From: Malacoraja senta
Lineage: Eukaryota
Direction: 5' to 3'
DNA: 56,369 nucleotides
Assembly: GCA_038087875.1 (NCBI GenBank)
Contig: JAXLNO010005827.1
Location: 186,001-242,369, forward strand
In this document: positions 24,365 to 35,491 of the stretch, piece after piece
How positions within the stretch are numbered: the stretch's first letter is position 1
Layout of the letters: every line of letters starts with the position of its first letter
Made by a program: the position numbers and the translations under genes
Notes under the pieces: generated by a model
What the model was told of the DNA's origin: nothing
Databases searched by the model: none
The model's input: only the letters and a program-made list of their open reading frames with translations

Positions 24365-26199
24365 TATTTTAATTTTTTTGACTGCGTAGCTCCATCATCA
24401 AGTTCGCCGACGACACCACTGTTGTGGGACGTATCACTGATGGAGATGAGTCAGAGTATAGAAGGGAGATCGACCGTTTGACCAAATGGTGCCAGCACAA
24501 TAACCTGGCTCTCAACACCAGCAAAACCAAGGAACTGATTGTGGACATTGGAAGGGGTAGGATGGGGACCCATAGTCCCACTTATATCAACGGGTCGATG
24601 GTGGAGAGGCTCAAGAGCTTCAAATTCCTAGGCATGCACATCTCTGAAGATCTCTCCTGGTCCGAGAACACTGATGCAATTATAAAGTAAGCTCATCAGC
24701 GCCTCTACTTCCTGAGAAGATTACGGAGAGTCGGTTTGTCAAGGCGGACTCTCTCACACTTCTACAGGTGCACAGTAGAGAGCATGCTGACCGGTTGCAT
24801 CGTGGCTTAGTTCGGCAACTTGAGCGCCCAGGAGAGGAAAAGACTGCAAAAAGTTGTCAACACTGCCCAGTCTATCATCGACTCTGACCTCCCTGCCATC
24901 AAGGGGATTCATCGCAGTCGCTGCCTCAAAAAGGCTGCCAGCATCATCAAGGACCCACATCATCCTGGCCACACACTCATCTCCCTGCTGCCTTCAGGTA
25001 GAAGGTACAGGAGCCTGAAATCTGCAACATCCAGGTTCAGGAATAGCTGCTTCCCCACAGCCATCAGGCTATTAAATAACTCAAACAAAACTCTGACCAT
25101 TAATAGCCCATTGCACTTTATCTGTTTATTTATGTGTGTATATATATATATATTCATTGGTATATGGTCACACTGTTCTGTTCTGTATTTATTTATGCCT
25201 ACTATATTCTGTAGTGTTGAAGCAAAGCAAGAATTTCATTGTCCTATCTGCGACACATGACAATAAACTCTCTTGAATCTTGAATCTCTATCACTACAAC
25301 ACTGTGCAACAACAGTACATTTCATATGACCATACAGGTCTTTGTTCTAGGATTCCAACCATTCAGTGTGATCATCTCAGAGTCTATTTATTCAATACCT
25401 TGACCATTCATATCTTTGTTTAAGATCATAGCTGTGACACAAATGTGATTATGTAATCAATGTTTGTTCTCTGTTTTCTTTTTTTTATGTCCCACAGCCT
25501 TGCTCTAACAGCTGCTTTAAGCTTAGGTTACAGCTCAAAGAATAAATTGTTTTAAAAAGTGGTTGGACAGAGGAAAAGACAATATTATTGGTCAGTCTGA
25601 AACTAATGGCAGGGCAAAAGGCAGGTTAATCATAAGAAATGGTGCACCATGTGAAAAGGAAAATTTAAAGAATGTAATTCAATAAAATAAGAGGAGTAAG
25701 GAATAAAAAGTGTGTTACTGAAACATCAGGGCAAAACCATGTGTGGCTCAAAGAAGCATTTTTTGTACAAATTCACTGAGGTTAAGAAATAAATTGAATG
25801 AACCGCAGATACAAATTCAACCTAGAAGATGTGGCAGCTGTTCAACACATATAAATAATTTTCCAGATTATTCACCAAGAAAAATTGATTTGTGAGTAGA
25901 CCCATAAAACATGGTCTATATTTCATCTTTTAATTGCTAATATTAATTGTATGTAATACTGAAATAATATCCCATATCCTCAGTCCTTGTTAGAATGGTT
26001 GCTCTGTGCCCACTTCCTCTTGAAACAGTCTGATGCTGGAATTACTGATTCATGCATAGGGTGGACGCCAAATGATAGCAGATGGGAAACCTAAACATTG
26101 AAAAATAATATTGTTTCCATCTTCAGTACAGTAAATGGGACCCATTATGTTCGCAGGAAGTGCAATGAGATAAAAGCATTTTGCATTGTACTAAATTTT

Positions 26200-26505
26200 T
26201 TATTTTAGTTTAGTTTAGAGATACAGCATGGAAACATGCCCTTCAGCCCACAGAGTCCGTTGATCAGCAATCCCACACACGAACACTATCCTACACACAC
26301 CAGGGACAATTGACAATTTTTGTCAAGCCAATTAGCCTCCAAATCTGTACGTCTTTGGAGTGTGGGAGGAATCCGGAGGACCCGGGGAAAACCCACGCAG
26401 GTCATAGTGAGAACGTACAAACTCCGTACAGAGAGCACCCGTAGTCAGGATCGAACCCGGGTCTTTGGTGCTGAAAGGCGGCAACACTACTGCTTTGCCA
26501 CCGGG
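26200..26505 (-). mobile_element. HE1-type V-SINE
   Basis: Tail, V-core and B-box as in the other copies. Confidence 0.88.
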
Positions 26506-26889
26506 CCATCAAGTAATGCAAAGTTAAAAACTGCAGTTGTTGGAAATCGGAAATTAAAACAGAACATGCTAGAAACACTCAGCAGGACAATGGAAAGAGA
26601 AACAATTAATGTTTAGGTTTAGGATTTAGGTTTATTATTGTCACATGTACCGAGGTACAGTGACTGGCTTTGTTTTGCATGCTATCCTATCAGATCAGAT
26701 GCAAAATATACATAAATGCAATTAAATCAAACTCAAGTACAATAGGTGGAGCAAAGGGAAAGATGCAGAGTGCAGAATTTTGTTCTCAGCATGGTAGTCC
26801 ACCAGTTCCATAGACAAAGTTCAATCCCTACAATGGAGTAGAGATGATGTATCCCCCGGAACAAAATGTTTAATCAGAACTGTAATTGG

Positions 26890-27305
26890 GCGGATGGTGG
26901 CTCAGCGGTACAGTTGCTGCCTTACAGCGCTTGCAGCGCCGGAGACCTGGGTTCGATCCCGACTACAGGTGCTGTCCGTACGGAGTTTGCATGTTCTCCC
27001 AATGACCGCGTGGGTTTTCTCCAAAATCTTCCGGTTTCCTCCCACACTCCAAAGATGTACAGGTATTGTATTGTATTGTATTCAATTTATTGTCATTATC
27101 TCATGAGAGACAACGAAATGGATTTTCCTTACAGTCATGTAACATAAATGTCGATCCTGACTACAGGTATGGTGGTCAATTGGTATGGTGTATGTGTAAA
27201 TTGTCCCTAGTGTGTGTAGGATAGTGTTAATGTGCGGGGATCGCTGGTCAGTGCGGACTTGGTGGGCCGAAGACCTGTTTCCATGCTGTATCTCTAAACT
27301 AAATT
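26890..27305 (+). mobile_element. HE1-type V-SINE with a short antisense LINE-tail insertion (27063-27149)
   Basis: TGGCTCAGCGGTA A-box, GGTTCGATCCC B-box, V-core and CTAAACTAAA tail. Confidence 0.88.
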
Positions 27306-27419
27306 AAAAGTGAGAAAAAAAAACATAAGTTTCAGTAGAGGCCTAACACGTAAGGCAGATGAGCTCAGGGCATGGATTTGCACATGGGAACATTTTATTA
27401 TAGCTATTATAGAAACTTG

Positions 27420-28170
27420 GTTGTGGGATAGGCTGAACTAGAAGGTCAATGTTGTGGGGTAGAGATATCATAATCTGTGAAAGAGGTGGAGGTATGAGAG
27501 CAGGATGAGTTGCAGTTATGATTAAGGAGAACATCAAACTGGTGCTTAAAATTGACATTTGTGGGGAAATGGCCAGTGAGGCTGTATGGGTAGAAGTTTG
27601 CAATAAGATGGGATGATCAATTTTCTGAGATTGTACCATAGAAATCTCAGTCTAGTACAGTGGGACTTAGTGGAGCAAATATGTAAAGAGATTACAGATA
27701 GCTGTAAGAATAATATTGTCACAGCAGGCAATTGTAACCTTCCTAATGTTGGCTGGGACAGTTCTAATAGATAAGGGTGCAGAATACATGAAATGTCACT
27801 TGGGAAACATTTTGGGATCAGTGATCATAATTATATTAGTTTTTAAATAATTATGGAAAGAGATAGGACAGGTCCACATGTTAAAGTCCTATATTAGGAC
27901 AAGGCTAATATTGATGGCATTAGACAGGAACGTCCAAATGGTGCTTGGGAGCGGCTGTTAGCAGGTAATGAGACATCTGGTGAGTAGGAAGCTTTTAAAC
28001 ATGAGATGGGATCGCTCAGGGTCAACATAATCCTGTTAGAGTGAGAGCAGGATTAGGGAACACTGGCTGATGAGGCATAATGAGGCTCTGGTCAGAGCAT
28101 GAGGTTTATGTCAGATACAGGCAGCTGCAATCAAACAAGTCCCTTAAGTAGTACTGTGGATATAGGGTTC
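27420..28170 (+). mobile_element. Old CR1 fragment (endonuclease and linker region)
   Basis: Degenerate GAGGCTGTATGGGTAGAA, AGTGATCATAAT (SDHN) and AAGGCTAATATTGATGGCATTAGACAGGAA. Confidence 0.6.
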
Positions 28171-28264
28171 ACACTGACTATCCTTAATCAGCCCATATCT
28201 CTCTTTATAATCCTCCAGTCATGGTAACTTCCTTGTGAACATTTTCCTTCTTTAATGCCGAGGA

Positions 28265-28678
28265 TCCATGAACCTGTCTTCATCAATGGAATGGAGGTGG
28301 AGAGAGGCAACAGCTTCAAGTTCCTGTGTGTTCATATTTCTGTAGATTAGTTCTAGGCCAGCACATTAATGCAGTCACAAAGAATGTTCATCAATGCCTC
28401 TACATCCTCAGAGGTTTGAGGAGATTTGGCATGTTGCTGAATACTCCATGGAACTACAGGTATGCAGTTGAGAGCATACTGACTGGAGACATCACAGCCT
28501 GGTTTAGTAACTCAAATGCTCAACAAAAAAGGGGGTTGCAGAAAGTATTGGACATTGTTAAGTCAAATCATGGGTATTGACCTCTCCACCATTAAAGGAA
28601 TCTACAGGCATTGTTGTTTCAAAGAGGCAGCTAATTTCATCAAAGACTACCCTGACCACGGTCTCATCATGCTGTTAT
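28265..28678 (+). mobile_element. Old Rex1/Babar RT 3' fragment
   Basis: Collinear with 24570-24990 (GTGGAGAG..AGCTTCAAGTTCCT; YAVESILTGDITAWF). Confidence 0.75.
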
Positions 28679-29429
28679 TGTTAATCCTTGCCAAATTGGA
28701 GAGGCTAGGACCCTAAAATTGAGTAAAGGCTTCGGGGCTGCTAGGGCATTTGGTCAATTTAAGTGTGCTTTCTGTAGAAATGGGACAAGTTGCAGAATGG
28801 TGCCAGTTTGTCTAGAGCATAGATCAGAGTTGCAGGAAGAGAATGGGAACATCTGTAGACCCTGACAATTAGGTGCAAAATGCATAGAATGGATTGGATG
28901 AATGCAAACCAGACATGCACATTGTACATAATGTTGCAAAGCTTTACTTTGCTGGATGTTGATTGGATTAAGTATTGAGCCTTGTCTGGTTTTCTTGCAT
29001 ATCAGGGCGCATGTTGTGATGTTCGTTTCGTCTGAGAAACACTGTTTGAATACAATGCATTAGCCACTGTATTATTGGATTAGGGAAATGTCTGTCATGT
29101 ATGGAGTTAATCGATATCTGTAATTGGATTGTAAAGAGATCACCCCCATGTCGTTCGGCCCCTCGAGGTCTGGGGACCTATAAAAGACGGCTACCACGAG
29201 GTCCTGTGTCGATCTTCTGGGAGAACGCTTAGGACTGCGTGACCTTCTGGAGTATCTCTGTTTGAGCGAGGCCTAGAGGGCTTGATCAGGCAGATACGAG
29301 GAGTGATTAAGTATAGTAGTTGAACAGTAATTGTGTTTTATCAAAATAAAGTTTAGATGCGCAAGTGCTTCATTCAGTGGTTTTTGACTGAAACTAGACT
29401 GGGGGGAAGCTTATAACGAGCTATTTACA
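28679..29429 (+). repeat. 5' LTR of an endogenous retrovirus (outer element)
   Basis: TGTTAA...TTTACA ends, TATAAAA at ~29179, AATAAA at ~29345, directly followed by a PBS. Left boundary is inferred from where Rex1 homology stops. No second copy seen. Confidence 0.65.
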
Positions 29430-29430
29430 T

Positions 29431-29448
29431 TGGGGGCTTGTCCGGGAT
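29431..29448 (+). promoter_or_regulatory. Primer-binding site, tRNA-Pro
   Basis: TGGGGGCTTGTCCGGGAT, one mismatch from the canonical PBS-Pro TGGGGGCTCGTCCGGGAT. Confidence 0.9.
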
Positions 29449-30402
29449 CTCAATGGACCCCCAAACGCAAGTTTGCGATCGAGGGTGTTGAGCTGTGTTG
29501 ATCGCGAGTGTAGAGATTGGGTCCAATGTGCGGTTTTCGCATTGAATTTCGGCACTTCGCTAGTCAGAGCGGATCGATCATTCGCGGGCCTGGGAAAGGG
29601 TCAACCGAGATCATTAGAATAGAGTCTAGCAAGCACGGGAGGTGGTTAGTGCTCCTTTGGGTTAGGGGCCCATAAAACAGGGTGTGGAGTGGCTCAAAAC
29701 CTGGTCATAGTTGGCAGACTGCAGCTGCTTTAACGAGAGCCTGACGCGCATCATTGGGCGAGGGGTGGCCCACTGTCCAGATTGGTATCCAATTGGTGGG
29801 GTAGTGAAACACAGGTCTGGTCTACGTATTGATCTATCTTTGCCGGGATCGCTGATTGGAAAGGTGCGTTCTGCAAATCGGCATCGACTGCCAGCTCGCA
29901 GAGGCTACGTGATGAACCCTCAGTGCCCAGCCGAGAGGGGTGTCTCCATGAAGGTGTCCGAGTCCCTCCCTGGAGTGACGGACGAGGAACCTCGTAAAGG
30001 TACTGGGCTCGGTGGTCCATTAGAGATTTCATTTGGGCAATTTAGTTTGAATTAGCGAGCCAGCGTATGTGGAGTGGTATGCACCAAGACTAGGAGTTCG
30101 AGAACGAGTCTAGATTTACAGAATCAAATTTCCAAATATAGAATTTCACATTGAAGTTCTGCCCGTAGGTTGAATTCAAATTCTGTGTAGATTGAACTTC
30201 GGAGTTTGTGCATGTCTGTGATCGATTCCGAATAGCGGCTGATCAACAGTGAATAGTAACCCTCTGGTCGATTGTTGATTAGTACCTGATAGTGAAGGGT
30301 ACCTGAGAGACGGGAACCTGATTTACTTGGTGAAAAGTTATCCGAATGCGAAGGGTACCCCTAATTCTGTAGAACTTAGAGAGGAGGGATAGAGGTCCCC
30401 CT

Positions 30403-31268
30403 ATACAATGCAATACAATACCATTTATTGTCATTTGAACCTCAAATGAGGTTCAAACGAAATTTGGTTTCTGCAGTCATACAAACAAGTAAAAAGAACC
30501 AAGACACAACACAATTTACACAAACATCCATCACAGCGAATCTCCTCCTTGCTGTGATGGAAGGCAAAGTCTTATCTCTCCCCTGCACTCCCCATTCTCC
30601 TCCCGATGTCAGAGTCAGAGCCCCCGGCGGGCGATGGAAAATAAGTCCCGCGGCCATTAAAGCCGCGCCGGGCAATGCAAGGCCGCCCTCCGGGTCTGTA
30701 TGTTGGAGCCCCCGGTAGCGCTAGCAAGTCCCGCGGCCATTAAAGCCGTGCCGGGCGATGTTAGACCCAGCTCCAGGTCATCTTCAACCCCGCAACTCGG
30801 GCGGGAGAAGTTGCCGTTGCGGGAGCCCCGAAAAGCGGTCTCCCACGAGGGACCCGCAAGCTCCCGATGTTACCGTCCACCAGACCTGCGGCTGGAGCCT
30901 CCGAATCTCCGGGGTCGGGTCACAGCCGCGCGTCACCGCAGCTCTCCACGCTCCGAACTCGGCCAGCTCCACGATGGTGAGTAGTCCGCAGGCTCCGCGA
31001 CTGGAGCCCCAGGTCATTCCGGTTGGAGGCCGCTCCACGGTGCTGGGCCCCAACGACAACGGAGACCCGACAGAGAAAGGTCGGGTCCTCCATACAGGGA
31101 AGAGATTTTTTAAAGTTTCCCCCTCCCCCCCCCCCCCCCGCCCCCCACATATACACAGTTAAAAACAATATAAAAAACACAAACAACTACATTTAACTAG
31201 ACAAAAATAAAAAAAGACAGACGAACTGCAGACGAGCCGCTGCCGTTAGGCGCCGCCACTTCCACTTC
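30403..31268 (-). mobile_element. Non-autonomous composite retroposon (GC-rich body, Rex1-like tail), apparently full length
   Basis: Minus-strand 5' GGAAGTGGAAGTGGCGGCG. Internal duplicated AAGTCCCGCGGCCATTAAAGCCG. Perfect 11-bp hairpin at 30434-30457. GACAATAAA and a (TATTG)n tail. Confidence 0.7.
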
Positions 31269-31747
31269 CAGAAGTCCAGTCTTAGCGTGAGGATAGTAAC
31301 ATTCGGGAGGAAAAGTAGTCATTTAAGGAGCAGTACCCCTCAGCAAAGAGTAACCTAGGAAGGAGAAAATCTTCGGTATCGGAGGGAAGGGTTCACTGCG
31401 TGACGTGGCGTTGCGATCGAGTGTTTGTAAACTGTGCGCCAGCACTTTAAATCATTTTTGTAAATTGTAAAAATCTAGATTTTTGTGTTGTTATCGGATC
31501 CGAATTGTGTAAATATTTTGTGTATGTAAATAGATTTAGAGTGTATTAAGATTTAGAAAGTTAAGATTTAGAGTGTGCTTAGTTCGCGGACCGCCATTTG
31601 TATTGTTGCGTGTGTGAGTGCTTACGGATTTTTGGGTGTTGGATAATTGAAGTAAAAGTGTGTTTGAATTAAATATTTGTAATTGTTTAGATTGTAGTAT
31701 TGTGAGAATCTGAGTTGTGATGGTTTGATCAGGGTTTGTACTCTTTC

Positions 31748-33100
31748 TTTTTTTATTTTTTTTATTTAAATTTTTATTAGAGGTATCTGCATATCATAGT
31801 CCAAACCAATACAAACTTTGTTTAACGATTACATATTAAGTATCAGGGTTCCGGGGATCCAGTTACCAAAGTAGCTGGGATCCTCCTTTATTGGTTACAT
31901 ATTAACATTACCTCAAATTATTTATTTATGTTTATAGATAAGAAAAATAAAGAAATAAAGAGAAGAAATTAGAAAAAAAATAAGATAAACTATCAATAAT
32001 ACAACTTAGTAGGTATGTTACAATACGTACCCTCAGCGGCGTTGTAATTCTGCCACTGGCCGTGTGCGCTATTTTGGTGCCTTTAAGGGGGGGGCGGGGT
32101 TAAAACGCGGGTTTCTCCTACCTTGTCCTGTATTATATTTCGTTGGAGTACAAGCGTTTCCTGAAAAATCGTTCCTAGGGGCGTTTTGTGTATTTTTTAT
32201 TTTTATTAAATCGACAATGTCAGCGCTGGAGTCATTTTAAAATCAGATTCTGAAGCCGTCAACGCCGACAACGGGGCGGATTTCACACACGGGACAGGTA
32301 AACGAAAGTGGTATATTTTAATGTATAAAAGTGCTTCTTAGGAAGCCTTTAATTCACATTTTTCATGCGAAACGGTGATTTTATTCCCCGAATTAACGGC
32401 AGAATTTTCATGCCGATACGGGGTTAAATTCACCGCAAATGAACGTTCCAAAAGATCGCGTTCCGGAAAACCTCACTCGCAAAATGATTTAAATGCCCAT
32501 TAATTTACAGGTATTAAACATTCAATTCCTTCCATTTGGCCTGTAAATTCATGACAATGAGATTTAAAAATTATGTTATATTGTGAATTATTGTGTGAAT
32601 GTTATTTGGACACTTAGGCTATTTAAAAATGTTAATCTATTCTTAAGAAATTGATAGATGTTTAGATCTAATAAATTGAATTTTGTAATTAGCTACAATT
32701 AGGTAACTAACTAATTATATGCTTTAATTTCATGTCATCTAAGTAAGATTGTTTCATATTTGTTTCAGAATGCTTCAATCTATAATAACTGAAAATTTCT
32801 TTCAGTTCTCTTAATTTTTAAGAAAGTTATGGGCTTTTGACTGTCCTCGATCACAGCTTTTGTGTTAAGTCAATGGAAAAGCAATAGGGAACAAGATGCT
32901 AATTTCCGAATATGAAAATGGCCATAACATTTTTAATACTGAAGATATGAAAATGAATTAGGTGTCAAATTAAACTTCTTTTTATGCTTTATCTGATGGG
33001 ATAAATTGCAGACTTTATTTTTAAAATCTCAAAATTTTGTAACATTGCTAAACTTAGGAGATAGGTCCATAGGTCAGAAAACATAACTATTCATCTAGTC
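31748..33100 (-). mobile_element. Poly(A)-tailed LINE (L1/Tx1-like) 3' fragment, interrupted by a TIR element
   Basis: Poly(T) at 31748. TTTGTACTCTTTC present on both flanks (~31735-31747 and ~33118-33130), consistent with a TSD. Confidence 0.7.
32010..33050. mobile_element. Non-autonomous TIR DNA transposon, 1041 bp, with 7-bp TSD
   Basis: Ends TAGGTATGTTACAA and TTGTAACATTGCTA. AACTTAG at 32003-32009 and 33051-33057. Confidence 0.85.
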
Positions 33101-33695
33101 CTGTACTCTTTGTACTCTTTGTACTCTTTCGATCGCTGTGTTGGCAGAGGAGTCATTCCGCTGACCGATTGCGCCATAGGGAAGATTTATTAGAGTGTGA
33201 CTTATTGGATGCTTGCAGTTTATATTAGGGTGTGTTTGGGGTTACTTGTAATCGGGGGAATATTTTCTTTTCTGATTATAGTTTTAGTGGCGTGGTTCGG
33301 ATTTGCCTGTCTGTGCGAACTTAAAGTGGAATGAGTGGGAGAGATTACTGCTTGAACGAGACTGTGATTGAGATTTGGAGTCTTGGGTTGAGAAACCGGA
33401 GATCCTTTGTTTGAAAGTTTAGAGTTGAATGAAGTGATTGTGATCCAACTGATAAGAGAGTTGGGAGAGCGATTGAATACGAGCGAGTGGTTTGAATAAT
33501 TTAATAGGAGCGATTGAGTGAGTGATTGAGTAAGGGTTGGAAGGGAACAATTCTGCGAATAGGTGTGAATCTGAGAGACGATTAGCCACTGTGTGGGAAG
33601 ACTCCATTGACCTTAGAGTCTGAAAGGAAGGAATGAGTTTGAATAGATGTTAGTGTCTGGAATTTTATTTTGTATTATAACTATTGTGCAGAAAA

Positions 33696-34461
33696 ATGGG
33701 GAATATCTCAGAGAAGGATTTATCGAATAGACCCAGAAGCCCGATAAGAATAATTTGCGAGGAGCTTCTACATGAATTAGACAGATTAAGAGGATTATCT
33801 GGAGAATTAAATGGAGTTTTGAGAAGCGAACTTTGGCCACTGGGTGGACTAAAATCTGTAATAGGAATAAACTACGTAGAAACAATTGTTAAACGATATA
33901 GAAACAGTGAAGAAGGGAATGAGCCAATTAGAATATGGAGAATGTTCTTCACTAGAAGGAAAATAAATAAAGAGATTGTTTTGCTGTCCACTCTAAGAAT
34001 GACAGCGTGTAAATTAGGGATTAGAGGGGAACACGAGATAACTGGTCCTTATCGAGACATTCCAGAACAGGGAAAGGAAGATAGTAGAAGCCAACAGCAT
34101 GAGCAGGAGCAGGAGAGAATACCATATTCTAAAAGGAAAATGACTGAGATGGCTCTTAAAGGGGAGGTGCCGACTAAAATGAAACTTATTAAATTTGGTA
34201 AGAGTGCAGCAGTATCTGTAGACCTCGTAGGGAGAGAGAGAGGCTCACTATATGCCAGGGTGTGTAGAATTTTTTTGAATGGAGCCACAGCATTCCTCAC
34301 AGCACTCTCATGTTTTCAGTTCAGACGCCATGTGCAGCTTGTGAGCAGGGCACATGGGAGGAGTCAGCGTCATCTTCGGCTCTCACTAAATTCAAATCTG
34401 AAGTGGAAGAATCGGGGAAGGATCTTCTAGCTCCTATGATTGCTCCACCAGTGGTAGATAG
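33696..34461 (+). pseudogene. gag: Outer ERV gag, N-terminal matrix-like part
   Basis: Begins MGN (myristoylation-type start) and has a WPLGG motif as in gamma/epsilon-type matrix. Lies downstream of PBS-Pro. Interrupted at 34461. Confidence 0.6.
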
Positions 34462-35417
34462 TGTAAGTTATTGTGGCAAATCCTCAGATTATGGAAGAAC
34501 TCGGGGATGAGGACCATGGACATTTTTCAAACAGACATGCTGACTGCAACGGAAGAAAAAAAACAATCCACAAAGGAAGAACCAGTCTCGAATCTGTCTG
34601 TGGGCCTGGGCATTACACCACTATGCTAATGGTGTGAGCAGGAAAGGCTGAGACGGAGATAATGACATTATCTTGGAATACACAAAGGAAGGAAAAGAGC
34701 CCAGCAGACGGGGGTAAACAGCCCAGCAACCTCTATCACCATCGTGAATGGCTCGTCCATCAGGACAACAGGAGCCCATCCAGACAATGGGATAACGATC
34801 AGGCTGAGGGATCATGACATCAGCAAACCCCTTATCATCGGAAGCCTATTGCTCATACCAGATCGAAACTGGGAATCATCAAAAGACCCTTTTGTCCAGA
34901 GGACCACCTGGGGGGGGGGGGGTTTCAAGGGAGAAACTCAGGTATAAAAAGCAGGAGTCAAGCCAGAACTCGCTCTCTTTCTGCTCTGCTGGACGGCTCG
35001 TGAGCCTGCATCAACTTAGCTGTAAGTACCCCAGACGACCTGGTGAAGTTCCCGGAAACAGGATAAAGGTTGAGAGAAGAAGGGGAAAGCGGGTGTACTG
35101 TACTTGCAAGTAAAATTGTGCAAAATATGTTTTACGACGTGCCCGATAATTTTCTCCCATAGTCTTAGATTAAAACATAAGTTTAGTTACGTATTATGTA
35201 GTGTTGGTGAGATTCGATCTCTCATTTGTTTAATAAAGCCTGTAAATTTTAGACTTGCTTTGAGTCCGTCTTGGTTTCTGTTTTCTCTCATCAGCACGCT
35301 CTGGTCAAGTCAACCTTTTATCATATCCCACCATAATTCCGAGGTCTAGAACCTAGGGGAACCCCTTTTTCAGGCAGTTGGGCCCGAAGTTGAGTAAAGG
35401 GAACCAGAACCCCTACA
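34462..35417 (+). repeat. 5' LTR of the inner element (956 bp)
   Basis: TG...CA ends, TATAAAAA at ~34943, AATAAA at ~35232. The last ~255 bp are repeated at 37084-37338. Confidence 0.88.
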
Positions 35418-35420
35418 CAA

Positions 35421-35438
35421 TGGCGACCATGGCAGGAC
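35421..35438 (+). promoter_or_regulatory. Primer-binding site, probably tRNA-Arg
   Basis: TGGCGACCATGGCAGGAC versus TGGCGACCGCGGCAGGAC, the complement of a vertebrate tRNA-Arg(TCG) 3' end recalled from memory. Two transition mismatches. Confidence 0.75.
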
Positions 35439-35491
35439 CTCAGTGGTTTGGGATATGTGATTTGCCAGAGGGGGTGAGAGAACGTAGCAAG

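Larger units (their letters stand above)
18926..25285 (+). mobile_element. Rex1/Babar LINE copy A, full length, split at 21264|24379
   Basis: 5' (A)AGATGGCG. EN motifs LLANVQSLENK, RPFYLPREF, AGDFN. RT motifs [29 protein letters not shown]. 3' GACAATAAA-(CTTGAAT)n. CTCTATCA duplicated at 18918-18925 and 25286-25293. Confidence 0.9.
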
